Source: Balanoglossus misakiensis
Lineage: Eukaryota > Animalia > Hemichordata
Length of the DNA stretch: 64,000 bases
Reading direction: 5' to 3'
Assembly: GCA_040954595.2 (NCBI GenBank)
Contig: CM082592.2
Coordinates: 12,310,376-12,374,375 of the forward strand
Of the stretch, positions 37,001 to 51,800 are shown one piece after another. Position 1 is the stretch's first letter, and every line of letters begins with the position of its first letter. Both the position numbers and the translations under genes were made by a program. The notes below the pieces were generated by a model. It had not been told where the DNA came from, ran no database searches, and saw only the letters and a list, made by a program, of their open reading frames with translations.

Positions 37001-39869
37001 ACCACAGGAAATCGCCGGCAACTTGGCCCAGATTCACCGCGCCGTTACGACCGGAAGTCGCCGCAACTTTGCCCGGATTCACAGGAAGTCGCCATCAACT
37101 TGGCCCAGATTCACCGCGCCGTTACGACAGGAAGTCGCCGGCAACTTGGCCCAGATTCACCGCGCCGTTACGACAGGAAGTCGCCGGCAACTTGGCCCAT
37201 AATCACCGCGCCGTTACCACCGGAAGTCGCCGGCAACTTGGCCCAGATTCACCGCGCCGTTACCACAGGAAGTTGCCGGCAACTTGGCCCAGATTCACCG
37301 TGCCGTTATGACCGAAAGTCGCCAGAAACTTGGCCCAGATTCGCCGCGCCGTTATGACCGAAAGTCGCCGGCAACTTGGCCTAGTTTCACCGCGCCGATA
37401 CCACCGGAAGGCGCCGGCAACTTGGCCCGGATTCACAGGAAGTCACCATCAACTTGGCCCAGATTCACCGCGCCGTTACCACAGGAAATCGCCGGCAACT
37501 TGGCCCAGATTCACCGCGCCGTTACCACAGGAAATCGCCGGCAACTTGGCCCAGATTCACCGCGCCGTTACGACCGGAAGTCGCCGCAACTTTGCCCGGG
37601 TTCACAGGAAGTCGCCATCAACTTGGCCCAGATTCACCGCGCCGTTACGACAGGAAGTCGCCGGCAACTTGGCCCATAATCACCGCGCCGTTACCACCGG
37701 AAGTCGCCGGCAACTTGGCCCAGATTCACCGCGCCGTTACCACAGGAAGTTGCCGGCAACTTGGCCCAGATTCACCGTGCCGTTACGACCGGAAGTCGCC
37801 GCAACTTGGCCCGGATTAACAGGAAGTCTCCGGCAACTTGGCCCAGATTCACCGCGCCGTTACCACAGGAAATCGCCGGCAACTTGGCCCAGATTCACCG
37901 CGCCGTTACCACAGGAAATCGCCGGCAACTTGGCCCAGATTCACCGCGCCGTTACCACAGGAAGTCGCCGGCAACTTGGCCCAGATTCACCACGCCTTTA
38001 CGACCGGAAGTCGCCGGCAACTTGGCCCAGATTCACCGCGCCGTTATGACCGAAAGTCGCCAGAAACTTCGCCCGGATTCACCGCGCCGTTACGACCGGA
38101 AGTCGCCGCAACTTGGCCCGGATTCACCGCGCCGTTACCACCGGAAGTCGACGGCAACTTGGCCCAGATTCACCGCGCCGTTACCACCGGAAGTCGCCGG
38201 CAACTTTGCCCAGATTCACCGCGCCGTTACGACAGGAAGTCGCCGGCAACTTGGCCTAGTTTCACCGCGCCGATACCACCGGAAGGCGCCGGCAACTTGG
38301 CCCGGATTCACAGGAAGTCACCATCAACTTGGCCCAGATTCACCGCGCCGTTACCACAGGAAATCGCCGGCAACTTGGCCCAGATTCACCGCGCCGTTAC
38401 CACCGGAAGTCGCCGGCAACTTGGCCCAGATTCACCGCGCCGTTATGACCGAAAGTCGCCAGAAACTTGGCCCAGATTCGCCGCGCCGTTATGACCGAAA
38501 GTCGCCGGCAACTTGGCCTAGTTTCACCGCGCCAATACCACCGGAAGGCGCCGGCAACTTGGCCCGGATTCACAGGAAGTCACCATCAACTTGGCCCAGA
38601 TTCACCGCGCCGTTACCACAGGAAATCGCCGGCAACTTGGCCCAGATTCACCGCGCCGTTACCACAGGAAATCGCCGGCAACTTGGCCCAGATTCACCGC
38701 GCCGTTACCACAGGAAATCGCCGGCAACTTGGCCCAGATTCACCGCGCCGTTACGACCGGAAGTCGCCGCAACTTTGCCCGGATTCACAGGAAGTCGCCA
38801 TCAACTTGGCCCAGATTCACCGCGCCGTTACGACAGGAAGTCGCCGGCAACTTGGCCCAGATTCACCGCGCCGTTACGACAGGAAGTCGCCGGCAACTTG
38901 GCCCATAATCACCGCGCCGTTACCACCGGAAGTCGCCGGCAACTTGGCCCAGATTCACCGCGCCGTTACCACAGGAAGTTGCCGGCAACTTGGCCCAGAT
39001 TCACCGTGCCGTTCTGACGGGAAGTCGCCGCAACTTGGCCCGGATTAACAGGAAGTCTCCGGCAACTTGGCCCAGATTCACCGCGGCGTTACCACAGGAA
39101 GTCGCCGGCAACTTGGCCCAGATTTACCACGCCATTACGACCGGAAGTCGCCGGCAACTTGGCCCAGATTCACCGCGCCGTTATGACCGAAAGTCGCCAG
39201 AAACTTGGCCCAGATTCGCCGCGCCGTTATGACCGAAAGTCGCCGGCAACTTGGCCTAGTTTCACCGCGCCGATACCACCGGAAGGCGCCGGCAACTTGG
39301 CCCGGATTCACAGGAAGTCACCATCAACTTGGCCCAGATTCACCGCGCCGTTACCACAGGAAATCGCCGGCAACTTGGCTCAGATTCACCGCGCCGTTAC
39401 CACCGGAAGTCGCCGGCAACTTGGCCCAGATTCACCGCGCCGTTACCACAGGAAGTTGCCGGCAACTTGGCCCAGATTCACCGTGCCGTTACGACCGGAA
39501 GTCGCCGCAACTTGGCCCGGATTAACAGGAAGTCTCCGGCAACTTGGCCCAGATTCACCGCGCCGTTACCACAGGAAGTCGCCGGCAACTTGGCCCAGAT
39601 TCACCACGCCATTACGACCGGAAGTCGCCGGCAACTTGGCCCAGATTCACCGCGCCGTTATGACCGAAAGTCGCTAGAAACTTGGCCCAGATTCGTCGCG
39701 CCGTTATGACCGAAAGTCGCCGGCAACTTGGCCTAGTTTCACCGCGCCGATACCACCGGAAGGCGCCGGCAACTTGGCCCGGATTCACAGGAAGTCACCA
39801 TCAACTTGGCCCAGATTCACCGCGCCGTTACCACAGGAAATCGCCGGCAACTTGGCCCAGATTCACCGC

Positions 39870-42800
39870 GCCGTTACCACAGGAAATCGCCGGCAACTTG
39901 GCCCAGATTCACCGCGCCGTTACGACCGGAAGTCGCCGCAACTTTGCCCGGATTCACAGGAAGTTGCCATCAACTTGGCCCAGATTCACCGCGCCGTTAC
40001 GACAGGAAGTCGCCGGCAACTTGGCCCAGATTCACCGTGCCGTTATGACCGAAAGTCGCCAGAAACTTGGCCCAGATTCGCCGCGCCGTTATGACCGAAA
40101 GTCGCCGGCAACTTGGCCTAGTTTCACCGCGCCGATACCACCGGAAGGCGCCGGCAACTTGGCCCGGATTCACAGGAAGTCACCATCAACTTGGCCCAGA
40201 TTCACCGCGCCGTTACCACAGGAAATCGCCGGCAACTTGGCCCAGATTCACCGCGCCGTTACCACAGGAAATCGCCGGCAACTTGGCCCAGATTCACCGC
40301 GCCGTTACGACCGGAAGTCGCCGCAACTTTGCCCGGATTCACAGGAAGTCGCCATCAACTTGGCCCAGATTCACCGCGCCGTTACGACAGGAAGTCGCCG
40401 GCAACTTGGTCCAGATTCACCGCGCCGTTACGACAGGAAGTCGCCGGCAACTTGGCCCATAATCACCGCGCCGTTACCACCGGAAGTCGCCGGCAACTTG
40501 GCCCAGATTCACCGCGCCGTTACCACAGGAAGTTGCCGGCAACTTGGCCCAGATTCACCGTGCCGTTACGACCGGAAGTCGCCGCAACTTGGCCCGGATT
40601 AACAGGAAGTCTCCGGCAACTTGGCCCAGATTCACCGCGCCGTTACCACAGGAAGTCGCCGGCAACTTGGCCCAGATTCACCACGCCATTACGACCGGAA
40701 GTCGCCGGCAACTTGGCCCAGATTCACCGCGCCGTTATGACCGAAAGTCGCCAGAAACTTGGCCCAGATTCGCCGCGCCGTTATGACCGAAAGTCGCCGG
40801 CAACTTGGCCTAGTTTCACCGCGCCGATACCACCGGAAGGCGCCGGCAACTTGGCCCGGATTCACAGGAAGTCACCATCAACTTGGCCCAGATTCACCGC
40901 GCCGTTACCACAGGAAATCGCCGGCAACTTGGCCCAGATTCACCGCGCCGTTACCACAGGAAATCGCCGGCAACTTGGCCCAGATTCACCGCGCCGTTAC
41001 GACCGTAAGTCGCCGCAACTTTGCCCGGATTCACAGGAAGTCGCCATCAACTTGGCCCAGATTCACCGCGCCGTTACGACAGGAAGTCGCCGGCAACTTG
41101 GCCCAGATTCACCGCGCCGTTACGACAGGAAGTCGCCGGCAACTTGGCCCAGATTCACCGTGCCGTTACGACCGGAAGTCGCCGCAACTTGGCCCGGATT
41201 AACAGGAAGTCTCCGGCAACTTGGCCCAGATTCACCGCGCCGTTACCACAGGAAGTCGCCGGCAACTTGGCCCAGATTCACCACGCCATTACGACCGGAA
41301 GTCGCCGGCAACTTGGCCCAGATTCACCACGCCATTACGACCGGAAGTCGCCGGCAACTTGGCCCAGATTCACCGCGCCGTTACGACCGGAAGTCGCCGC
41401 AACTTGGCCCGGATTAACAGGAAGTCTCCGGCAACTTGGCCCAGATTCACCGCGCCGTTACCACAGGAAGTCGCCGGCAACTTGGCCCAGATTCACCACG
41501 CCATTACGACCGGAAGTCGCCGGCAACTTGGCCCAGATTCACCGCGCCGTTATGACCGAAAGTCGCCAGAAACTTGGCCCAGATTCGCCGCGCCGTTATG
41601 ACCAAAAGTCGCCGGCAACTTGGCCTAGTTTCACCGCGCCGATACCACCGGAAGGCGCCGGCAACTTGGCCCAGATTCACCGCGCCGTTACCACAGGAAG
41701 TCGCCGGCAACTTGGCCCAGATTCACCACGCCATTACGACCGGAAGTCGCCGGCAACTTGGCCCAGATTCACCGCGCCGTTATGACCGAAAGTCGCCAGA
41801 AACTTGGCCCAGATTCGCCGCGCCGTTATGACCGAAAGTCGCCGGCAACTTGGCCTAGTTTCACCGCGCCGATACCACCGGAAGGCGCCGCAACTTGGCC
41901 CGGATTCACAGGAAGTCGCCATCAACTTGGCCCAGATTCACCGCGCCGTTACCACAGGAAGTCGCCGGCAACTTGGCCCAGATTCACCACGCCGTTACCA
42001 CAGGAAATCGCCGGCAACTTGGCCCGGATTAACAGGAAGTCTCCGGCAACTTGGCCCAGATTCACCACGCCGTTACGGCCGGAAGTCGCCGCAACTTGGC
42101 CCGGATTCACAGGAAGTCGCCATCAACTTGGCCCAGATTCACCGCGCCGTTACCACAGGAAGTCGCCGGCAACTTGGCCCAGATTCACCACGCCATTACG
42201 ACCGGAAGTCGCCGGCAACTTAGCCCAGATTCACCGCGCCGTTACGACCGAAAGTCGCCAGCAACTTCGCCCGGATTCACCGCGCCGTTACGACCGGAAG
42301 TCGCCGCAACTTGGCCCGGATTCACCGCGCCGTTGCCACCGGAAGTCGACGGCAACTTGGCCCAGATTCACCGCGCCGTTACGACCGGAAGTCGCCGGCA
42401 ACTTTGCCCAGATTCACCGCGCCGTTACGACAGGAAGTCGCCGGCAACTTGGCGTAGTTTCACCGCGCCTTTACCACAGGAAGTCGCCGGCAACTTGGCC
42501 CGGATTCAAAGGAAGTCGCCATCAACTTGGCCCAGATTCACCGCGCCGTTACCACAGGAAATCGCCGGCAACTTGACCCAGATTCACCGCGCCGTTACGA
42601 CAGGAAGTCGCCGGCAACTTGGCCCAGATTCACCGCGCCGTTACGACAGGAAGTCGCCGGCAACTTGGCCCAGATTCACCAAGCCGTTACGGCCGGAAGT
42701 CGCCGCAACTTGGCCCGGATTCACAGGAAGTCGCCATCAACTTGGCCCAGATTCACCGCGCCGTTACCACAGGAAGTCGCCGGCAACTTGGCCCAGATTC

Positions 42801-45800
42801 ACCACGCCATTACGACCGGAAGTCGCCGGCAACTTGGCCCAGATTCACCGCGCCGTTACGACCGAAAGTCGCCAGCAACTTCGCCCGGATTCACCGCGCC
42901 GTTACGACCGGAAGTCGCCGCAACTTGGGCCGGATTCACCGCGCCGTTGCCACCGGAAGTCGACGGCAACTTGGCCCAGATTCACCGCGCCGTTACGACC
43001 GGAAGTCGCCGGCAACTTTGCCCAGATTCACCGCGCCGTTACGACAGGAAGTCGCCGGCAACTTGGCCTAGTTTCACCGCGCCGATACCACCGGAAGTCG
43101 CCGGCAACTTGGCCCGGATTCAAAGGAAGTCGCCATCAACTTGGCCCAGATTCACCGCGCCGTTACCACAGGATATCGCCGGCAACTTCGCCCAGATTCA
43201 CCGCGCCGTTTCGACAGGAAGTCGCCGGCAACTTGGCCCAGATTCACCGCGCCGTTACCACCGGAAGTCGCCGGCAACTTGGCCCATAATCACCGCGCTG
43301 TTACCACCGGAAGTCGCCGGCAACTTGGCCCAGATTCACCGCGCCGTTACCACAGGAAGTTGCCGGCAACTTGGCCCAGATTCACCGTGCCGTTACGACC
43401 GGAAGTCGCCGGCAACTTGGCCCGGATTCACAGGAAGTCTCCGGCAACTTGGCCCAGATTCTCCGCGCCGTTACGACCGGAAGTCGCCGGCAACTTGGCC
43501 CGGATTCACCGCGCCGTTACGACCGGAAGTCGCCGGCAACTTGGCCTGGATTCACCGCGCCATTACGACCGGAAGTCGCCGGCAACTTGGCTTGGATTCT
43601 CCGCGCCGTTACGACCGGAAGTCGCCGCAACTTGGCCCGGATTCACAGGAAGTCGCCATCAACTTGGCCCAGATTCAGCGCGCCGTTACCACAGGAAATC
43701 GCCGGCAACTTGGCCCAGATTCACCGCGCCGTTACGACAGGAAGTCGCCGCCAACTTGGCCCAGATTCACCGCGCCGTTACCACCGGAAGTCGCCAGCAA
43801 CTTGGCCGAGATTCACCGCGCCGTTACGACAGGAAGTCGCCGGCAACTTGGCCCAGATTCACAGGAAGTCGCCATCAACTTGGCCCAGATTCAGCGCGCC
43901 GTTACCACAGGAAATCGCCGGCAACTTGGCCCAGATTCTTGCGCCGTTACGACCGGTAGTCGCCGGCAACTTGGCCCAGATTCACCGCGCTGTTACGACA
44001 GGAAGTCGCCGGCAACTTGTCCTAGTTTCACCGCGCCGTTACCACCGGAAGTCGCCGGCAACTTGGCCCGGATTCACAGGAAGTCGCCTTCAACTTGGCC
44101 CAGATTCACCGCGCCGTTACCACCGGAAGTCGCCGGCAACTTGGCCCGGATTCACAGGAAGTCGCCATCAACTTGGCCTAGTTTCACCACGCCGTTACGA
44201 CCGGAAGTCGCCGGCAACTTGGCCCGGATTCACCGCGCCTTTACCAACGGAAGTCGCCGGCAACTTGGCCCGGATTCACAGGAAGTCGCCATCAACTTGG
44301 CCCAGATTCACCGCGCTGTTACCACAGGAAATCGCCGGCAACTTGGCCTAGTTTCACCACGCCGTTACGACCGGAAGTCGCCGGCAACTTGGCCCGGATT
44401 CACCGCGCCGTTACGACCGGAAGTCACCGGCAACTTGGCCTGGATTCACCGCGCCGTTACGACCGGAAGTCGCCGCAACTTGGCCCGGATTCACCGCGCC
44501 GTTACGACCGGAAGTCACCGGCAACTTGGCCTGGATTCACCGCGCCGTTACGACCGGAAGTCGCCGCAACTTGGCCCGGATTCACAGGATGTCGCCATCA
44601 ACTCGGCCCAGATTCACCGCGCCGTTACCACAGGAAGTCGCCGGCAACTTGGCCCAGATTCACCGCACCGTTAAGACAGGAAGTCGCCGGCAACTTGGCC
44701 CAGATTCACCACGCCATTACGACCGGAAGTCACCGGCAACTTGGCCCAGATTCACCGCGCCGTTACCACCGGAAGTCGCCGGCAACTTGTCCCGGATTCA
44801 CCACGCCATTACGACAGGAAGTCGCCGGCAACTTGGCCCAGATTCACCACGCCATTACTACCGGAAGTCGCCTGCAACTTGGCCCAGATTCACCGCGCCG
44901 TTACCACCGGAAGGCGCCGGCAACTTGGCCTGGATTCACAGGAAGTCGCCATCAACTTGGCCCAGATTCACCGCGCCGTTACCACAGGAAATCGCCGGCA
45001 ACTTGGCCCAGATTCACCGCGCCGTTACGACCGGAAGTCGCCGCAACTTGGCCCGGATTCACAGGAAGTCGCCATCAACTTGGCCCAGATTCACCGCGCC
45101 GTTACCACAGGAAGTCGCCGGTATCTTGGCCCAGATTCATCGCGCCGTTACGACCGGAAGTCGCCGGCAACTTGGCCTGGATTCACCGCGCCGTTACGAC
45201 CGGAAGTCGCCGCAACTTGGCCCGGATTCACTGCGCCGTTCCGACCGGAAGTCGCCGGCAACTTGGCTCGGATTCACCGCGCCGTTACGACCGGAAGTCG
45301 CCGCAACTTGGCCCGGATTCACAGGAAGTCGCCATCAACTTGGCCCAGATTCACCGCGCCTTTACCACAGGAAGTCGCCGGCAACTTGGCCCAGATTCAC
45401 CGCGCCGTTACGACAGGAAGTCGCCGGCAACTTGGCCCAGATTCACCACGCCATTACGACCGGAAGTCGCCGGCAACTTGGCCCAGATTCACCGCGCCGT
45501 TACGACAGGAAGTCGCCGGCAACTTGGCCCAGATTCACCGCGCCGTTACCACCGGAAGTCGCCGGCAACTTGGCCCGGATTCACAGGAAGTCGCCATCAA
45601 CTTGGCCCAGATTCAGCGCGCCGTTACCACAGGAAATCGCCGGCAACTTGGCCCAGATTCACCGCGCCGTTACGACAGGAAGTCGCCGCCAACTTGGCCT
45701 GGATTCACCGCGCCGTTACCACCGGAAGTCGCCAGCAACTTGGCCGAGATTCACCGCGCCGTTACGACAGGAAGTCGCCGGCAACTTGGCCCAGATTCAC

Positions 45801-48800
45801 AGGAAGTCGCCATCAACTTGGCCCAGATTCAGCGCGCCGTTACCACAGGAAATCGCCGGCAACTTGGCCCAGATTCTTGCGCCGTTACGACCGGTAGTCG
45901 CCGGCAACTTGGCCCAGATTCACTGCGCCTTTACCAACGGAAGTCGCCGGCAACTTGGCCCGGATTCACAGGAAGTCGCCATCAACTTGGCCTAGTTTCA
46001 CCACGCCGTTACGACCGGAAGTCGCCGGCAACTTGGCCCGGATTCACCGCGCCTTTACCAACGGAAGTCGCCGGCAACTTGGCCCGGATTCGCAGGAAGT
46101 CACCATCAACTTGGCCCAGATTCACCGCGCCGTTACCACAGGAAGTCGCCGGCAACTTGGCCCAGATTAACCACGCCATTACGACAGGAAGTCGCCGGCA
46201 ACTTGGCCCAGATTCACCGCGCCGTTATGACCGAAAGTCGCCAGCAACTTCGCCCGGATTCACCGCGCCGTTACGACCGGAAGTCACCGCAACTTGGCCC
46301 AGATTCACCGCGCCGTTACTACAGGAAGTCGCCGGCAACTTGGCCTAGTTTCACCGCGCCGTTACCACCGGAAGTCGCCGGCAACTTGGCCCGGATTCAC
46401 AGGAAGTCGCCATCAACTTGGCCCAGATTCACCGCGCTGTTACCACAGGAAATCGCCGGCAACTTGGCCTAGTTTCACCACGCCGTTACCACAGGAAATC
46501 GCCGGCAACTTGGCCCAGATTCACCGCGCCGTTACGACCGGAAGTCGCCGCAACTTTGCCCGGATTCACAGGAAGTTGCCATCAACTTGGCCCAGATTCA
46601 CCGCGCCGTTACGACAGGAAGTCGCCGGCAACTTGGCCCAGATTCACCGTGCCGTTATGACCGAAAGTCGCCAGAAACTTGGCCCAGATTCGCCGCGCCG
46701 TTATGACCGAAAGTCGCCGGCAACTTGGCCTAGTTTCACCGCGCCGATACCACCGGAAGGCGCCGGCAACTTGGCCCGGATTCACAGGAAGTCACCATCA
46801 ACTTGGCCCAGATTCACCGCGCCGTTACCACAGGAAATCGCCGGCAACTTGGCCCAGATTCACCGCGCCGTTACCACAGGAAATCGCCGGCAACTTGGCC
46901 CAGATTCACCGCGCCGTTACGACCGGAAGTCGCCGCAACTTTGCCCGGATTCACAGGAAGTCGCCATCAACTTGGCCCAGATTCACCGCGCCGTTACGAC
47001 AGGAAGTCGCCGGCAACTTGGTCCAGATTCACCGCGCCGTTACGACAGGAAGTCGCCGGCAACTTGGCCCATAATCACCGCGCCGTTACCACCGGAAGTC
47101 GCCGGCAACTTGGCCCAGATTCACCGCGCCGTTACCACAGGAAGTTGCCGGCAACTTGGCCCAGATTCACCGTGCCGTTACGACCGGAAGTCGCCGCAAC
47201 TTGGCCCGGATTAACAGGAAGTCTCCGGCAACTTGGCCCAGATTCACCGCGCCGTTACCACAGGAAGTCGCCGGCAACTTGGCCCAGATTCACCACGCCA
47301 TTACGACCGGAAGTCGCCGGCAACTTGGCCCAGATTCACCGCGCCGTTATGACCGAAAGTCGCCAGAAACTTGGCCCAGGTTCGCCGCGCCGTTATGACC
47401 GAAAGTCGCCGGCAACTTGGCCTAGTTTCACCGCGCCGATACCACCGGAAGGCGCCGGCAACTTGGCCCGGATTCACAGGAAGTCACCATCAACTTGGCC
47501 CAGATTCACCGCGCCGTTACCACAGGAAATCGCCGGCAACTTGGCCCAGATTCACCGCGCCGTTACCACAGGAAATCGCCGGCAACTTGGCCCAGATTCA
47601 CCGCGCCGTTACGACCGTAAGTCGCCGCAACTTTGCCCGGATTCACAGGAAGTCGCCATCAACTTGGCCCAGATTCACCGCGCCGTTACGACAGGAAGTC
47701 GCCGGCAACTTGGCCCAGATTCACCGCGCCGTTACGACAGGAAGTCGCCGGCAACTTGGCCCAGATTCACCGTGCCGTTACGACCGGAAGTCGCCGCAAC
47801 TTGGCCCGGATTAACAGGAAGTCTCCGGCAACTTGGCCCAGATTCACCGCGCCGTTACCACAGGAAGTCGCCGGCAACTTGGCCCAGATTCACCACGCCA
47901 TTACGACCGGAAGTCGCCGGCAACTTGGCCCAGATTCACCACGCCATTACGACCGGAAGTCGCCGGCAACTTGGCCCAGATTCACCGCGCCGTTACGACC
48001 GGAAGTCGCCGCAACTTGGCCCGGATTAACAGGAAGTCTCCGGCAACTTGGCCCAGATTCACCGCGCCGTTACCACAGGAAGTCGCCGGCAACTTGGCCC
48101 AGATTCACCACGCCATTACGACCGGAAGTCGCCGGCAACTTGGCCCAGATTCACCGCGCCGTTATGACCGAAAGTCGCCAGAAACTTGGCCCAGATTCGC
48201 CGCGCCGTTATGACCAAAAGTCGCCGGCAACTTGGCCTAGTTTCACCGCGCCGATACCACCGGAAGGCGCCGGCAACTTGGCCCAGATTCACCGCGCCGT
48301 TACCACAGGAAGTCGCCGGCAACTTGGCCCAGATTCACCACGCCATTACGACCGGAAGTCGCCGGCAACTTGGCCCAGATTCACCGCGCCGTTATGACCG
48401 AAAGTCGCCAGAAACTTGGCCCAGATTCGCCGCGCCGTTATGACCGAAAGTCGCCGGCAACTTGGCCTAGTTTCACCGCGCCGATACCACCGGAAGGCGC
48501 CGCAACTTGGCCCGGATTCACAGGAAGTCGCCATCAACTTGGCCCAGATTCACCGCGCCGTTACCACAGGAAGTCGCCGGCAACTTGGCCCAGATTCACC
48601 ACGCCGTTACCACAGGAAATCGCCGGCAACTTGGCCCGGATTAACAGGAAGTCTCCGGCAACTTGGCCCAGATTCACCACGCCGTTACGGCCGGAAGTCG
48701 CCGCAACTTGGCCCGGATTCACAGGAAGTCGCCATCAACTTGGCCCAGATTCACCGCGCCGTTACCACAGGAAGTCGCCGGCAACTTGGCCCAGATTCAC

Positions 48801-51800
48801 CACGCCATTACGACCGGAAGTCGCCGGCAACTTAGCCCAGATTCACCGCGCCGTTACGACCGAAAGTCGCCAGCAACTTCGCCCGGATTCACCGCGCCGT
48901 TACGACCGGAAGTCGCCGCAACTTGGCCCGGATTCACCGCGCCGTTGCCACCGGAAGTCGACGGCAACTTGGCCCAGATTCACCGCGCCGTTACGACCGG
49001 AAGTCGCCGGCAACTTTGCCCAGATTCACCGCGCCGTTACGACAGGAAGTCGCCGGCAACTTGGCGTAGTTTCACCGCGCCTTTACCACAGGAAGTCGCC
49101 GGCAACTTGGCCCGGATTCAAAGGAAGTCGCCATCAACTTGGCCCAGATTCACCGCGCCGTTACCACAGGAAATCGCCGGCAACTTGACCCAGATTCACC
49201 GCGCCGTTACGACAGGAAGTCGCCGGCAACTTGGCCCAGATTCACCGCGCCGTTACGACAGGAAGTCGCCGGCAACTTGGCCCAGATTCACCAAGCCGTT
49301 ACGGCCGGAAGTCGCCGCAACTTGGCCCGGATTCACAGGAAGTCGCCATCAACTTGGCCCAGATTCACCGCGCCGTTACCACAGGAAGTCGCCGGCAACT
49401 TGGCCCAGATTCACCACGCCATTACGACCGGAAGTCGCCGGCAACTTGGCCCAGATTCACCGCGCCGTTACGACCGAAAGTCGCCAGCAACTTCGCCCGG
49501 ATTCACCGCGCCGTTACGACCGGAAGTCGCCGCAACTTGGGCCGGATTCACCGCGCCGTTGCCACCGGAAGTCGACGGCAACTTGGCCCAGATTCACCGC
49601 GCCGTTACGACCGGAAGTCGCCGGCAACTTTGCCCAGATTCACCGCGCCGTTACGACAGGAAGTCGCCGGCAACTTGGCCTAGTTTCACCGCGCCGATAC
49701 CACCGGAAGTCGCCGGCAACTTGGCCCGGATTCAAAGGAAGTCGCCATCAACTTGGCCCAGATTCACCGCGCCGTTACCACAGGATATCGCCGGCAACTT
49801 CGCCCAGATTCACCGCGCCGTTACGACAGGAAGTCGCCGGCAACTTGGCCCAGATTCACCGCGCCGTTACCACCGGAAGTCGCCGGCAACTTGGCCCATA
49901 ATCACCGCGCCGTTACCACCGGAAGTCGCCGGCAACTTGGCCCAGATTCACCGCGCCGTTACCACAGGAAGTTGCCGGCAACTTGGCCCAGATTCACCGT
50001 GCCGTTACGACCGGAAGTCGCCGGCAACTTGGCCCGGATTCACAGGAAGTCTCCGGCAACTTGGCCCAGATTCTCCGCGCCGTTACGACCGGAAGTCGCC
50101 GGCAACTTGGCCCGGATTCACCGCGCCGTTACGACCGGAAGTCGCCGGCAACTTGGCCTGGATTCACCGCGCCATTACGACCGGAAGTCGCCGGCAACTT
50201 GGCTTGGATTCTCCGCGCCGTTACGACCGGAAGTCGCCGCAACTTGGCCCGGATTCACAGGAAGTCGCCATCAACTTGGCCCAGATTCAGCGCGCCGTTA
50301 CCACAGGAAATCGCCGGCAACTTGGCCCAGATTCACCGCGCCGTTACGACAGGAAGTCGCCGCCAACTTGGCCCAGATTCACCGCGCCGTTACCACCGGA
50401 AGTCGCCAGCAACTTGGCCGAGATTCACCGCGCCGTTACGACAGGAAGTCGCCGGCAACTTGGCCCAGATTCACAGGAAGTCGCCATCAACTTGGCCCAG
50501 ATTCAGCGCGCCGTTACCACAGGAAATCGCCGGCAACTTGGCCCAGATTCTTGCGCCGTTACGACCGGTAGTCGCCGGCAACTTGGCCCAGATTCACCGC
50601 GCTGTTACGACAGGAAGTCGCCGGCAACTTGTCCTAGTTTCACCGCGCCGTTACCACCGGAAGTCGCCGGCAACTTGGCCCGGATTCACAGGAAGTCGCC
50701 TTCAACTTGGCCCAGATTCACCGCGCCGTTACCACCGGAAGTCGCCGGCAACTTGGCCCGGATTCACAGGAAGTCGCCATCAACTTGGCCTAGTTTCACC
50801 ACGCCGTTACGACCGGAAGTCGCCGGCAACTTGGCCCGGATTCACCGCGCCTTTACCAACGGAAGTCGCCGGCAACTTGGCCCGGATTCACAGGAAGTCG
50901 CCATCAACTTGGCCCAGATTCACCGCGCTGTTACCACAGGAAATCGCCGGCAACTTGGCCTAGTTTCACCACGCCGTTACGACCGGAAGTCGCCGGCAAC
51001 TTGGCCCGGATTCACCGCGCCGTTACGACCGGAAGTCACCGGCAACTTGGCCTGGATTCACCGCGCCGTTACGACCGGAAGTCGCCGCAACTTGGCCCGG
51101 ATTCACCGCGCCGTTACGACCGGAAGTCACCGGCAACTTGGCCTGGATTCACCGCGCCGTTACGACCGGAAGTCGCCGCAACTTGGCCCGGATTCACAGG
51201 ATGTCGCCATCAACTCGGCCCAGATTCACCGCGCCGTTACCACAGGAAGTCGCCGGCAACTTGGCCCAGATTCACCGCACCGTTAAGACAGGAAGTCGCC
51301 GGCAACTTGGCCCAGATTCACCACGCCATTACGACCGGAAGTCACCGGCAACTTGGCCCAGATTCACCGCGCCGTTACCACCGGAAGTCGCCGGCAACTT
51401 GTCCCGGATTCACAGGAAGTCGCCATCAACTTGGCCCAGATTCACCGCGCCGTTACCACAGGAAGTCGCCGGCAACTTGGCCCAGATTCACCACGCCATT
51501 ACGACAGGAAGTCGCCGGCAACTTGGCCCAGATTCACCACGCCATTACTACCGGAAGTCGCCTGCAACTTGGCCCAGATTCACCGCGCCGTTACCACCGG
51601 AAGGCGCCGGCAACTTGGCCTGGATTCACAGGAAGTCGCCATCAACTTGGCCCAGATTCACCGCGCCGTTACCACAGGAAATCGCCGGCAACTTGGCCCA
51701 GATTCACCGCGCCGTTACGACCGGAAGTCGCCGCAACTTGGCCCGGATTCACAGGAAGTCGCCATCAACTTGGCCCAGATTCACCGCGCCGTTACCACAG

